In this document: positions 18,869 through 27,388 of the stretch, piece by piece
Layout: the number at the start of each line of letters is the position of its first letter
Position numbering within the stretch: the stretch's first letter is position 1
NCBI GenBank assembly: GCA_964350535.1
Contig: CAYGLH010000001.1
Location: forward strand, 1-61,792
Reading direction: 5' to 3'
Source of the DNA: an uncultured Ilumatobacteraceae bacterium
Lineage (GTDB): Bacteria > Actinomycetota > Acidimicrobiia > Acidimicrobiales > Ilumatobacteraceae
Length of the DNA: 61,792 nt
The notes under the pieces: generated by a model
The model's input: the letters and a program-made list of their open reading frames with translations, nothing else
Database searches by the model: none
What the model was told of the DNA's origin: nothing
Made by a program: the position numbers and the translations under genes

Positions 18869-19078
18869 ATGTTCCTCGGAGAGGACCTCCTCGCCTGGCT
18901 CGTCCTGGCGTTCGGTGGCGCGTTGTTCGTCGGCAACCTGATGGCGGTGGTGAAGCCGCCGGAACGTCAGCTGGACGACGGGGCGCTCGAGCGCGCGCCG
19001 GTCGGCCGGAGCCTGGCGTTCGCCGTCGTCGGGCTGGTCGCCGCGATCTGGGCACTCGCCTCGCTCGTGTCCGGCTGA
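18869..19078 (+). CDS. Small two-TM membrane protein (69 aa), hypothetical
   Basis: ATG 18869. It has two hydrophobic helices (LLAWLVLAFGGALFVGNLMAV; LAFAVVGLVAAIWALASLV) and strong G/C third-position bias. It overlaps the 3' end of the convergent lipoprotein gene by 112 nt, so it is uncertain. Confidence 0.45.
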   Translation: MFLGEDLLAWLVLAFGGALFVGNLMAVVKPPERQLDDGALERAPVGRSLAFAVVGLVAAIWALASLVSG

Positions 19079-19968
19079 CCGCGCCCGCCGACCATCGCCG
19101 ACGCTCGCCGACGACAGTTGTCGACGCTGATGAGCGTGATCGTGATCATCGCCGGATCGACGACCGAGCTGGTGTTGACGAACACTTCGAAACCGTCGCC
19201 CGTGTAGAAGCTGTTGACGTCGTCGCCGCTCTCGAAGTAGCTGTCGCGTGCGAAGCCGGCGTCCTCGAGGTCGCCGCCGTAGGTGCCGACCCAGTCGCGG
19301 TGATCGCCGTCGAAGGTGCCGGCGACGGTGAACGACACGGTCGTGTCGTCGTTGATCGACGTGACCTGCTGGATCGCCAGCCCATCGGGCTCGGGGACGC
19401 TCGCCGGCCAGTCCTCCGGCAGCTCGTCGGTCGACTCGACCCCGAAGCTGCCGTCGTCGGACTCGACGGAGAACCCGTCGTCGCCGATGCCCACCTCACC
19501 GGTGGTCTCGTTGCCGTCCTCGTCGGTGACGGTGAAGTTGCCGTCCTCGTCGAAGGTGATCCCTCCGTCCTCGCTCTCGAACGAGAACCCGTCCTCGCCG
19601 AACTCGATGTCGACCTCGCCGCCGGTCTGCTCCTCGATCAGTGCTTCGAGACCGCCCTCGCCGAAGATCTCGTCGAGCTCGGAGAGGCCGCCCTCGTCGC
19701 CGAACAGGTCGCCGAGGTCGCCGAGCCCGCCGGCGTCGCCCAGGTCGACGTTCCCGCCCAGGTCCTCGAGGTCGCCGAGGTCCTCGTCGCCGAGATCGTC
19801 GAGCAGTTCCTCGAGGTCGGACGGATCGAGGTCGCCGCTCTGCAGGTCCTCGAGGAGGTCGCCGGCGCTCGCCGGCTCGTCGTCGCCACCGCCGCAGGCG
19901 GCCAGCGCGAGCACCGCGCCACAGGCGAGGATGGCGCCGTACCGGCGCCGGGTCGTGGGGGTGGTCAT
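18967..19968 (-). CDS. Hyper-acidic secreted lipoprotein, hypothetical
   Basis: Signal peptide MTTPTTRRRYGAILACGAVLALAAC (RR plus lipobox LAAC). It is followed by a long D/E/G/L-rich region and then a more ordinary C-terminal domain. Codon bias is good. Confidence 0.75.
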   Translation of the reverse strand: MTTPTTRRRYGAILACGAVLALAACGGGDDEPASAGDLLEDLQSGDLDPSDLEELLDDLGDEDLGDLEDLGGNVDLGDAGGLGDLGDLFGDEGGLSELDEIFGEGGLEALIEEQTGGEVDIEFGEDGFSFESEDGGITFDEDGNFTVTDEDGNETTGEVGIGDDGFSVESDDGSFGVESTDELPEDWPASVPEPDGLAIQQVTSINDDTTVSFTVAGTFDGDHRDWVGTYGGDLEDAGFARDSYFESGDDVNSFYTGDGFEVFVNTSSVVDPAMITITLISVDNCRRRASAMVGGRGQPDTSEASAQIAATSPTTANARLRPTGARSSAPSSS

Positions 19969-20093
19969 GTCGCTGCTCCTCGTGGGATCGTCCGCTGCGG
20001 GTGTCCACGATACTCGTCGCTCGCCCGGTCGATCTGGGAGAATCGGGCCGAGCCGACGATCGATCTCCGACGCGTCCGCTTCCTGCCGCTGTC

Positions 20094-20687
20094 ATGAGTC
20101 CACCGCTTCCGCTCACGTTCGTCGCCTCGGCGACGCGCACGCGGGACCTGCCGTCCTCGCCGGTCGAGGTGGCCTTCGTCGGCCGTTCGAACGTCGGCAA
20201 GTCGTCGCTGGTCAACGCGCTCGCCAACCGCAAGCAACTCGCCCGGGTGTCGAACACGCCGGGCCGCACCCAGCTGATCAACCTGTTCGCCCTCGGCGAC
20301 GACGACAGCGGGGCGACGGTGGTCGACCTCCCCGGCTACGGGTTCGCCAAGGCATCGAAGCAGGTGCGGCGCGATTGGCCCGAGATGATCGAGGGCTACC
20401 TGCTCGACCGCGACGAACTGGTGATGGTGTTCGTGCTCGTCGACGGAGCGATCGGGCCGACCCCGCTCGACGTCCAGATGCTCGATTGGCTGCGGTATCA
20501 CGGCATCGCGCACACCGTGGTGGCGACGAAGTCGGACAAGGTCAAGTCGTCGAAGCGGCCGGCCCGTCGACGCGACCTGGCCGCCGGGTGCGAGCTCGAC
20601 CCGGGCGACGTCGTGTGGGTCAGCGCGACGAAGGGCACCGGGGTCGACACGCTGCGGGCGCTCGTGCGCACCCACCTCGCGACCTGA
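20094..20687 (+). CDS. engB: Ribosome-biogenesis GTPase YsxC/EngB
   Basis: G1 GRSNVGKSSLVNAL, G3 DLPGYG, G4 TKSDK. ATG 20094. Confidence 0.9.
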   Translation: MSPPLPLTFVASATRTRDLPSSPVEVAFVGRSNVGKSSLVNALANRKQLARVSNTPGRTQLINLFALGDDDSGATVVDLPGYGFAKASKQVRRDWPEMIEGYLLDRDELVMVFVLVDGAIGPTPLDVQMLDWLRYHGIAHTVVATKSDKVKSSKRPARRRDLAAGCELDPGDVVWVSATKGTGVDTLRALVRTHLAT

Positions 20688-20712
20688 CCCGCGTCGACCT
20701 GACCCGAGTCAC

Positions 20713-21276
20713 GTGGCACCGATGGCAGGATTGGTCCAGCTGCCCGCGGGGAATGGTCTGCTCATGGCCTCCACCACGACCGACGCCGTGACCGCGCCCT
20801 CCCACGAGCGGGCCGACGTGCGATGGGGGGTACTCGCGGCGTTCGTGGCGGTGCCGGTGGTGGCGGGTGGCGTGATCGGGGTGCTGTCGTCGCCCGGGCC
20901 GTGGTACGACGGATTGGACAAGGCGCCGCTGAACCCGCCGAGCTGGGTCTTCGGTCCGGTGTGGACGTTGCTCTACGTCACGATCGGTGTCGCCGGCTAC
21001 CTGGCGTGGCGGGCCGACGGCGAGCGCTGGATCGGTCCGGTCGTCGGGTTGTGGACGGCCCAGCTGGTGCTCAACCTGGCCTGGACCCCGATCTTCTTCG
21101 GGGCGGAGGCGCCGGAGCTGGCCCTGATCGAGATCGCCGTCCTGTTCGTGGCGGTCGTGGCCACGATCGTCGTCTTCTCCCGCCGGAGCGCCGTGGCGGC
21201 GGCGCTGATGGTGCCGTACGCCCTCTGGGTCGGCTTCGCCGGCTACCTGACGGCGTACATCGTGCTCGCCAACTGA
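20713..21276 (+). CDS. tspO: TspO/MBR family tryptophan-rich sensory protein
   Basis: ..WYDGLDKAPLNPPSWVFGPVWTLLYVTIGVAGYLAW.. and ..LNLAWTPIFFG.. are TspO hallmarks. Start is uncertain (GTG 20713, ATG 20722 or ATG 20764). Confidence 0.85.
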   Translation: MAPMAGLVQLPAGNGLLMASTTTDAVTAPSHERADVRWGVLAAFVAVPVVAGGVIGVLSSPGPWYDGLDKAPLNPPSWVFGPVWTLLYVTIGVAGYLAWRADGERWIGPVVGLWTAQLVLNLAWTPIFFGAEAPELALIEIAVLFVAVVATIVVFSRRSAVAAALMVPYALWVGFAGYLTAYIVLAN

Positions 21277-21325
21277 GCGCCGCGTCCGGTGCGGCTCGCC
21301 GCGCGGGTCGGCAGACTGGTCGGCC

Positions 21326-23749
21326 ATGAGTACCGCTGCACGGCACCGCTCGTCGACATCCGAGGCGCCCGTCGCGGACAACTTCTGGTCGCGTCTCGGC
21401 CGGACGTGCTTCCGCCGTCGGCGACGTGTGCTCGGCGCGTGGCTCGGCGCGCTCGTGCTGGCGGTCGTGATGCTGGGCACGATCGGCGGGTCCAACGAGA
21501 GCGACTTCGACTCGCCGGACTCCGAGGCCGGTTCCGGGTTCGACGTGCTCGACGCCCACTTCGGTGGCCAGGGGGCCCTGCTGTCCGGCTCGATCGTGTT
21601 CCAGGCCGCCGACGGGATCGACGATCCGCTCGTCGTCGAGACGATGACCGAGCTGTTCACCGACGTCGACGAGATGCCCGAGGTGATGCTCACCAGTCCG
21701 TACACCGAGGCCGGGCGCGCCCAGGGACAGGTGGCGACCGACGGCCCGGCCGCAGGCACGATCGCCTACGCCCAGATCGACCTCGCGGAGGGGACGGGCG
21801 AGATCCGCAGTTCGGAGATCGGCGCCGAGATCCTCGAGATGACCGAGGAGATCGAGGTGCCCGGCCTGCAGATCGAGATCGGTGGTGCTGCGCTCGGCGA
21901 GTTCGAGCCGCCCGAGTCCGAGGTGATCGGCCTCGCCTTCGCCATCGTCATCCTCATCCTGTCGTTCGGATCGGTGCTCGCGATGGGCCTGCCGATCGGG
22001 GTCGCCCTCTTCGGCGTGGGGATCGGTGCGAGCCTGATCACGCTGCTCTCGAACGTGCTCAGCGTCCCGGACTTCGCCGTCACGATGGGCGCCATGATCG
22101 GCCTCGGCGTCGGCATCGACTACGCGCTGTTCATCGTCACCCGCTACCGCGAGAGCCTGCATGCCGGCCTCGACCCGGAGGAGGCGACGGTCACCGCGAT
22201 CAACACGGCCGGCCGCGCCGTCGTGTTCGCCGGCTTCACGGTCGTCATCTCGCTGCTCGGCATGTACGTGATGGGGTTGCCGTTCATCAACGGGCTCGCC
22301 ACCGGTGCGGCGGTGACCGTGCTGATCACGATGCTCGCCTCCGTCACGCTGCTGCCCGCCTTCATCGGCTTCGCCGGCCGTCGGATCGAGGTCACCCGCT
22401 GGCGTGGGCTGATCGCCGCCGGCCTCGTGTCGGTGGCGCTGCTGGGCGTCGGTCTGAAGCTGCAGCCGCTGCTCGTCGCCGCGCCGCTCGCCGTCGTCGT
22501 GCTCATCGCGGGGTTCGCGGTGGCGCCGCTCAAGCGCGAGCTCCCGCCGCGCGCGGTGAAGCCGGTGCGCGAGACGGTCGCCTACCGCTGGAGCCGGTTC
22601 ATCCAACGGCACCCCTGGCCCGTGGCGATCGGCACGGCCGGTGTGCTCATCGCGATGACGTTGCCGGTCACGGGCATGCGGCTGGGCTTCAGCGACGAGA
22701 GCAACTTCCCGGAGGACTCGACGACGCGCCAGGCCTACGAGCTCGTCGCCGACGGCTTCGGCGCCGGCGCCAACGGGCCGCTCATCGTGGTCGCCGAGAC
22801 CGATGGCGTGCAGGACCTGCAGCAGATGGCTGGTCTCGCCGAAGCGATCGGGGCGGTCGATGGCGTCGCCGCGGTCGCCGGCCCGATCCCCAGCACCCCC
22901 GCCGACCCGACCGCTGCCGAGGCCGCCCTGATCCGCATCGTCCCCGAGACGGGTCCGCAGGACGAGGCGACGGACCGGCTCGTCCACGAGCTGCGCGACG
23001 AGACCATCCCCACCAACCTCGGCGACAGCGAGCTCGAGGTGTTCGTCACCGGCGCGGTCGCGGGGCAGATCGACTTCAGCAGCTATCTCACGCAACGACT
23101 GCCGTACTTCTTCGGGGCCGTCCTGCTGCTCTCGTTCCTGCTGTTGATGATGGTGTTCCGGTCGCTGCTCGTGCCGCTCAAGGCCGTCGTGATGAACCTG
23201 CTGTCGATCGGCGGGGCCTACGGCATCGTGGTCGTGATCTTCCAGTGGGGGTGGGGCGCCGAGCTGTTCGACACCGCCGGTGGTCCGATCGAACCGTTCA
23301 TCCCGATGATGATGTTCGCCATCGTCTTCGGCCTGTCGATGGACTACGAGGTCTTCCTGCTGTCGAGGGTGAAAGAGGAGTACGACCGTTCCGGTGACGC
23401 GGCGAACTCGGTGGCGGACGGGCTCGCCGCGACGGCGCGGGTGATCACCGCGGCGGCGGCGATCATGGTGGTCGTGTTCGGCAGCTTCGTGCTCGAGGAC
23501 AACCGGATCATCAAGATGATGGGCGTCGGGTTGGCCTCCGCAGTGTTCCTCGACGCGACCCTCGTCCGGATGCTCCTCGTGCCCGCCACGATGGAGCTGC
23601 TCGGCGATCGCAACTGGTGGTTGCCGCGCTGGATCGACCGGATCCTGCCGACGATCGACGTCGAGGGCACCTCGCACGTCGCCGCACCGACCGCGACGGA
23701 CCTGGACGACGACACCGACGAACCCGATCGCGAGCTCGTCGACGCCTGA
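21326..23749 (+). CDS. MMPL-family (RND superfamily) membrane transporter
   Basis: 807 aa. It has two repeated TM bundles with ..GIDYALFIVTRYRE.. and ..GLSMDYEVFLLSRVKEEY.., characteristic of MMPL proteins. Confidence 0.9.
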   Translation: MSTAARHRSSTSEAPVADNFWSRLGRTCFRRRRRVLGAWLGALVLAVVMLGTIGGSNESDFDSPDSEAGSGFDVLDAHFGGQGALLSGSIVFQAADGIDDPLVVETMTELFTDVDEMPEVMLTSPYTEAGRAQGQVATDGPAAGTIAYAQIDLAEGTGEIRSSEIGAEILEMTEEIEVPGLQIEIGGAALGEFEPPESEVIGLAFAIVILILSFGSVLAMGLPIGVALFGVGIGASLITLLSNVLSVPDFAVTMGAMIGLGVGIDYALFIVTRYRESLHAGLDPEEATVTAINTAGRAVVFAGFTVVISLLGMYVMGLPFINGLATGAAVTVLITMLASVTLLPAFIGFAGRRIEVTRWRGLIAAGLVSVALLGVGLKLQPLLVAAPLAVVVLIAGFAVAPLKRELPPRAVKPVRETVAYRWSRFIQRHPWPVAIGTAGVLIAMTLPVTGMRLGFSDESNFPEDSTTRQAYELVADGFGAGANGPLIVVAETDGVQDLQQMAGLAEAIGAVDGVAAVAGPIPSTPADPTAAEAALIRIVPETGPQDEATDRLVHELRDETIPTNLGDSELEVFVTGAVAGQIDFSSYLTQRLPYFFGAVLLLSFLLLMMVFRSLLVPLKAVVMNLLSIGGAYGIVVVIFQWGWGAELFDTAGGPIEPFIPMMMFAIVFGLSMDYEVFLLSRVKEEYDRSGDAANSVADGLAATARVITAAAAIMVVVFGSFVLEDNRIIKMMGVGLASAVFLDATLVRMLLVPATMELLGDRNWWLPRWIDRILPTIDVEGTSHVAAPTATDLDDDTDEPDRELVDA

Positions 23750-23758
23750 CCGGGCTGG

Positions 23759-23786
23759 GAGCGGACCGGACGGTTCAGGTCCGTTT
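23759..23786. terminator. Stem-loop (core CGGACC/GGTCCG) followed by TTT, between convergent genes; candidate bidirectional terminator
   Basis: A 6-bp GC stem at 23762-23767/23778-23783 is extendable by A-T and G-U pairs, with a 10-nt loop and TTT at 23784-23786. It begins 10 nt after the MMPL stop and overlaps the stop of the minus-strand gene. Confidence 0.3.
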
Positions 23787-24995
23787 GAGCTGGCCGGCGG
23801 AGTCGGCCCAGGTCTGCTCGGGCGACTCGCGCAGCGCAGTCCGCCGCAGCACCACGACGGCGACCACCGTGAGGATCAGGAACCACAGCGCGCTGAACCA
23901 CGTGGCGAAGAGCCGGGCCGGGCTCCACCACAGCATCAGCAAGACGAACAGCACCGTGCCGCCGGCGACGGCCACACCCGAGGTGGTGAACGCCGGCGAG
24001 ACGAAGCGGCGGACCGCCGTGGCCCGCCGGCCGGCACCGAGCAGCGCCGTGACGAGCACGATCAACACGCCGAACCACAGGAGGGTGCGACCGATCTCCG
24101 ACAACAGCCGCGTCGAGATGTCGATCGTCGCCACCCCGACCCCTTCGTTCTCCGGCCGCTTCACGAGGATCGGCACGACCAGCGTGGCGGAGAGTCGGCG
24201 GATCAACAGCACGATGGCGGCGACGATCACGAGGCTCCAGCCGACCCCGCGCATCGCCCACGTGCGGGCCCCGGCGGCGAGGAACACCGCCACCGCGTAC
24301 AGCACGACGGCGAGGATGACGGGGACCCAACGGGCCAGATCGGCGAGGCGCACTGTCGTCTGCAGCGCGTCGAGCACGCTCTCGTCGAGCACGACGAACG
24401 ATCCGACGTCGTCGGGAATGCGGTCGAGCAGTCCGTCGGGCAGACCCAACGACTGGCCGACGTCGATGATCAACGGTCGCAGCTCGATCGTGAGGTCGCC
24501 GTCGGTCGACACGAGGTCGCTGGTGTCGCCGCGCATCACGTTGACGAAGCGCTCGTGCACCACGGCGTTCGCCTCGACCCACGCGTTCTGCACGCGGTCG
24601 CTCCCGAGGGCGCGCTCGACGCTGTCGGTGAGCGGATCGCGCACGGCGCCGGCGAGGAAGCCCCCGACGCCACTGATGGCGTCGGGGAGCGCGTCGTCGA
24701 TCGCCTCGCCGACCGGGACGTTCGTGTAGATCACGTCGACGATCCGCTCGCTGAGGGCCTGTTGGATCTCCTCGTCGGCGAGCAGCTCCCGGCTGAGCTC
24801 GGTCCACTCGTCGGTGTCGAGCAATTGGATGTTGACCCACGTCGTGAGCGTGCCGATCAGCGCGATGACGGTGGCGACGACCAGCAGGACGCGGGTGGCC
24901 AGCGGCCGCCGCGGATCGTCGTCGGCCGCCGTGTCGACGGACGGGATCGGTGGGTCGCCGGCGACCGCTGTGTCGACGGAGGTGACGTCACTCAT
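23775..24995 (-). CDS. Integral membrane protein, hypothetical
   Basis: 406 aa. It has one N-terminal TM, an extracytoplasmic domain of about 200 aa, then about 5 TM helices. Codon bias is good. I recognise no family motif. Confidence 0.7.
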   Translation of the reverse strand: MSDVTSVDTAVAGDPPIPSVDTAADDDPRRPLATRVLLVVATVIALIGTLTTWVNIQLLDTDEWTELSRELLADEEIQQALSERIVDVIYTNVPVGEAIDDALPDAISGVGGFLAGAVRDPLTDSVERALGSDRVQNAWVEANAVVHERFVNVMRGDTSDLVSTDGDLTIELRPLIIDVGQSLGLPDGLLDRIPDDVGSFVVLDESVLDALQTTVRLADLARWVPVILAVVLYAVAVFLAAGARTWAMRGVGWSLVIVAAIVLLIRRLSATLVVPILVKRPENEGVGVATIDISTRLLSEIGRTLLWFGVLIVLVTALLGAGRRATAVRRFVSPAFTTSGVAVAGGTVLFVLLMLWWSPARLFATWFSALWFLILTVVAVVVLRRTALRESPEQTWADSAGQLKRT

Positions 24996-25007
24996 CGGCG
25001 CATCATG

Positions 25008-26456
25008 TCACGCCGCCGGATGGCGGTCGGCCCAAACGTGGGCGGCCTCCAGTTGCGCCGCTACCCGGATCAGCACGTCCTCCCGCCCGTAGTCGGCGGC
25101 GAGCTGCACGCCGATGGGCAGCCCGGACGCGTTCCACTGCAGCGGCACGTTGATCGCCGGCTGACCGCTGGTGTTGAACGGCGGGGTGAAGGCCGAGAAC
25201 GCTCCAGCCGCGCGCATCCCTGCCATCGGGTCGTCGGGGCGCGGGTCGAGGGCGCCGATCGCCAGCGGCGGCTGGGCGAGCGTCGGGGTGAGGAGGAGGT
25301 CCCAGCCGTCCGCCCACCACCCGCGCAGCGCCCGACGGAAGCGCATCACCGCGCCGAGCGCGGCGGCGTGATCGACGCTCGTCGCCGACGAGGCGAACTG
25401 TCCCATCGCCCAGTTGACGGGCTCGACCTCGTCCTCGGTGAGCGGGCGGCCGATCGTGTCGCCCATGCCGGCGATGCCGAGCGCCATGTTCGCCGACCAC
25501 ATCGCCATGAACTGCCGTGAGAAGTCGCGGTCGTCGAGGACGGCCGGGTACGCCGGCTCGACGTCGTGGCCCAGTGCCTCCAGGCGCGACGCCGCGCCAC
25601 GCACGGCCTCGACGCAGTCGTCGTGCACCGCGATGCCGTGGGGGTGGTGGTCGAGGAGTCCGATGCGCAGCCGTCCGGGGTCCGCCCCGACCTCGTCGGC
25701 GTACGGACGGGACGGTGGCGGGGCAATGACCGAGTCGCCGATGCCGGGGCCGTGCACCGCGTCGAGGAGGCGGGCGGTGTCGCGCACGGTCCTCGACACG
25801 ACGAGCGGGACGCTGAGGCCGCTCTCGTCGCGATCGGGGCCCATCGTCGTGCGTCCCTGCGACGGCTTCAGCCCGACGAGGCCGCAACACGCTGCCGGGA
25901 TCCTGATCGACCCTCCACCGTCGGTGGCGTGGGCGATGGGCACCAGCCCGTTGGCCACCGCCGCCGCTGCACCCCCGCTGGATCCGCCGGGGGTCCGCTC
26001 GGGGTCCCACGGGTTGCGAGTGGGCCCGTACGCGACGGGCTCGGTGACCGGCACGCTGCCGAGCTCGGGGGTGCTCGTGCGCCCCAGCGTGACGAGGCCG
26101 GCAGCATCGAACCGTTCGACCAGCGTGGTGCTGTGGTCGGAGATGGGCTGGGCGTCGCGCATCGCCACGTTGCCGCTGGTCAGCGGCATCCCGGCGACAT
26201 GCGCGCCGAGGTCCTTCAACAGGAACGGGACCCCGGCGAACGGACCGGTAGCCGGCTGGCCGTCGTCGATCGCGGCGGCGATGGCACGGCCGCGCTCGAA
26301 CCAGCGCATCACGACGGCGTTGATCGGACCGTCCAGTGTCTCGATCCGCTCGATCGCGGCGTCGGCGAGCTCGACGGCGCGGACCTCGCCCGTCGCGACG
26401 AGCTCGGCCTGGGCGGTGGCGTCGAGCCAGCGGGTGTCGTCGGCGATGTTCCCCAT
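25008..26456 (-). CDS. Amidase (amidase-signature family)
   Basis: Canonical AS sequence ..GGSSGGAAAAVANGLVPIAHATDGGGSIRIPAACCGLVGLKPS... Confidence 0.9.
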   Translation of the reverse strand: MGNIADDTRWLDATAQAELVATGEVRAVELADAAIERIETLDGPINAVVMRWFERGRAIAAAIDDGQPATGPFAGVPFLLKDLGAHVAGMPLTSGNVAMRDAQPISDHSTTLVERFDAAGLVTLGRTSTPELGSVPVTEPVAYGPTRNPWDPERTPGGSSGGAAAAVANGLVPIAHATDGGGSIRIPAACCGLVGLKPSQGRTTMGPDRDESGLSVPLVVSRTVRDTARLLDAVHGPGIGDSVIAPPPSRPYADEVGADPGRLRIGLLDHHPHGIAVHDDCVEAVRGAASRLEALGHDVEPAYPAVLDDRDFSRQFMAMWSANMALGIAGMGDTIGRPLTEDEVEPVNWAMGQFASSATSVDHAAALGAVMRFRRALRGWWADGWDLLLTPTLAQPPLAIGALDPRPDDPMAGMRAAGAFSAFTPPFNTSGQPAINVPLQWNASGLPIGVQLAADYGREDVLIRVAAQLEAAHVWADRHPAA

Positions 26457-26495
26457 GACCCGGTTCGTAGCACAGCCGGGCGTCCGGCCCGGACG

Positions 26496-27347
26496 TCAGC
26501 GCGGCTGCAGATGGATCTGGTCGACACCGAAGCCGGAGCGCCCGGCCGTGGCGTCGCCCAGCGCCTCGATCGGATCGCGCACGTCGTCGATGTAGCCGAG
26601 GGCGTACGAGCCGATGCGGTATCCGATGAGTCGCTGGAGGTCCTGCGGCAGCGCGGCCGCGACGTCGCGCGGGACGGAGAGGTACTGGTTCTCTTCTTGT
26701 CGCAACCAGCCGACGTTGTAGGTGATGTTCAGGCCGATCCGCGTCGCGTCCGACTCGTTGGCCCCGCCGCCGTGGTACACCTTGCCGGTGTAGAGCAGGC
26801 ACGAGCCCTTGGTCATCTCCGCCGGCACCGTCTCGTCGATCGTGTGCCCGTGATCGATCGGCCAGTCCTGCGAACCCGGGATGATCCGCGTCGCCCCGTT
26901 CTCCTCGGTGAAGTCGGTCATCGCCCAGATCGTGTTGCACTGCACGTGGTAGTCCGACGGGAAGTCGAACAGGTCGAACGCCCACTCGTCGCGGTGGATC
27001 GACTGGGCTGACGAGCCGGGACCGATGGCGATCGTCTGGGTGAGATGCAGCTGGTAGGTGGTCGCCCGGTCGAGCAGGTTGGCGGTCGCGTCGAGGACGA
27101 GCGGGTGCTGGATCATCCGGTGGCTCGCGGGCGAGCGGGCGACGAGTGCGCCGGTGCGTCTGGTGGCGCGGCCGGTGAACTCGTCCGATCCGAACGGGGT
27201 GGCCTCGATGTACGGCGCCATCTCCCGGGCGACGGCGTCGATCATCTCGTCGTCGGCGAGTTCGTCGATCACGACGGCGCCGTCCCGACGGAGGATCGCA
27301 TCGAGCTCGGCGGCGGTCGTGTCCGGTGCGACGTGGGCGATCGGCAT
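26496..27347 (-). CDS. Phytanoyl-CoA dioxygenase (PhyH) family Fe(II)/2OG oxygenase
   Basis: ..QSIHRDEW.. (HxD), ..NGATRIIPGS.. and ..YHGGGAN.. (distal His) are typical of PhyH-family proteins. Confidence 0.85.
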   Translation of the reverse strand: MPIAHVAPDTTAAELDAILRRDGAVVIDELADDEMIDAVAREMAPYIEATPFGSDEFTGRATRRTGALVARSPASHRMIQHPLVLDATANLLDRATTYQLHLTQTIAIGPGSSAQSIHRDEWAFDLFDFPSDYHVQCNTIWAMTDFTEENGATRIIPGSQDWPIDHGHTIDETVPAEMTKGSCLLYTGKVYHGGGANESDATRIGLNITYNVGWLRQEENQYLSVPRDVAAALPQDLQRLIGYRIGSYALGYIDDVRDPIEALGDATAGRSGFGVDQIHLQPR

Positions 27348-27388
27348 ATCGCGACAGTACCGAGGCGTGGGACTGCTAGACAGACGGC

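Noticed and set aside
16458-19055. 865-aa minus-strand ORF and 877-aa alternative plus-frame ORF (16445..19078) over the E1 gene
   Set aside because: Both are out-of-frame or antisense shadows of the AceE-like gene. Only the last 69 codons of 16445..19078 (18869-19078) look like a real small membrane protein.
19600-19900. Repetitive CTCGAGGTCGCC-like strings considered as a CRISPR or tandem-repeat array
   Set aside because: The repeats are short, degenerate and in-frame (encoding DLGDL/EDLE motifs of the acidic lipoprotein). There are no regular spacers.
18832-20097. 421-aa plus-strand ORF antisense to the acidic lipoprotein
   Set aside because: It shares third positions with the lipoprotein gene. 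It has no signal peptide or motif, and its V/A/E/G-rich repeats simply mirror the D/E/L repeats of the real gene.
21071-23677. 868-aa minus-strand ORF, and 702-aa plus-frame ORF (21289..23397), over the MMPL gene
   Set aside because: They have extreme R/D/G/H/P composition, no TM helices and no motifs. The MMPL frame explains the region.
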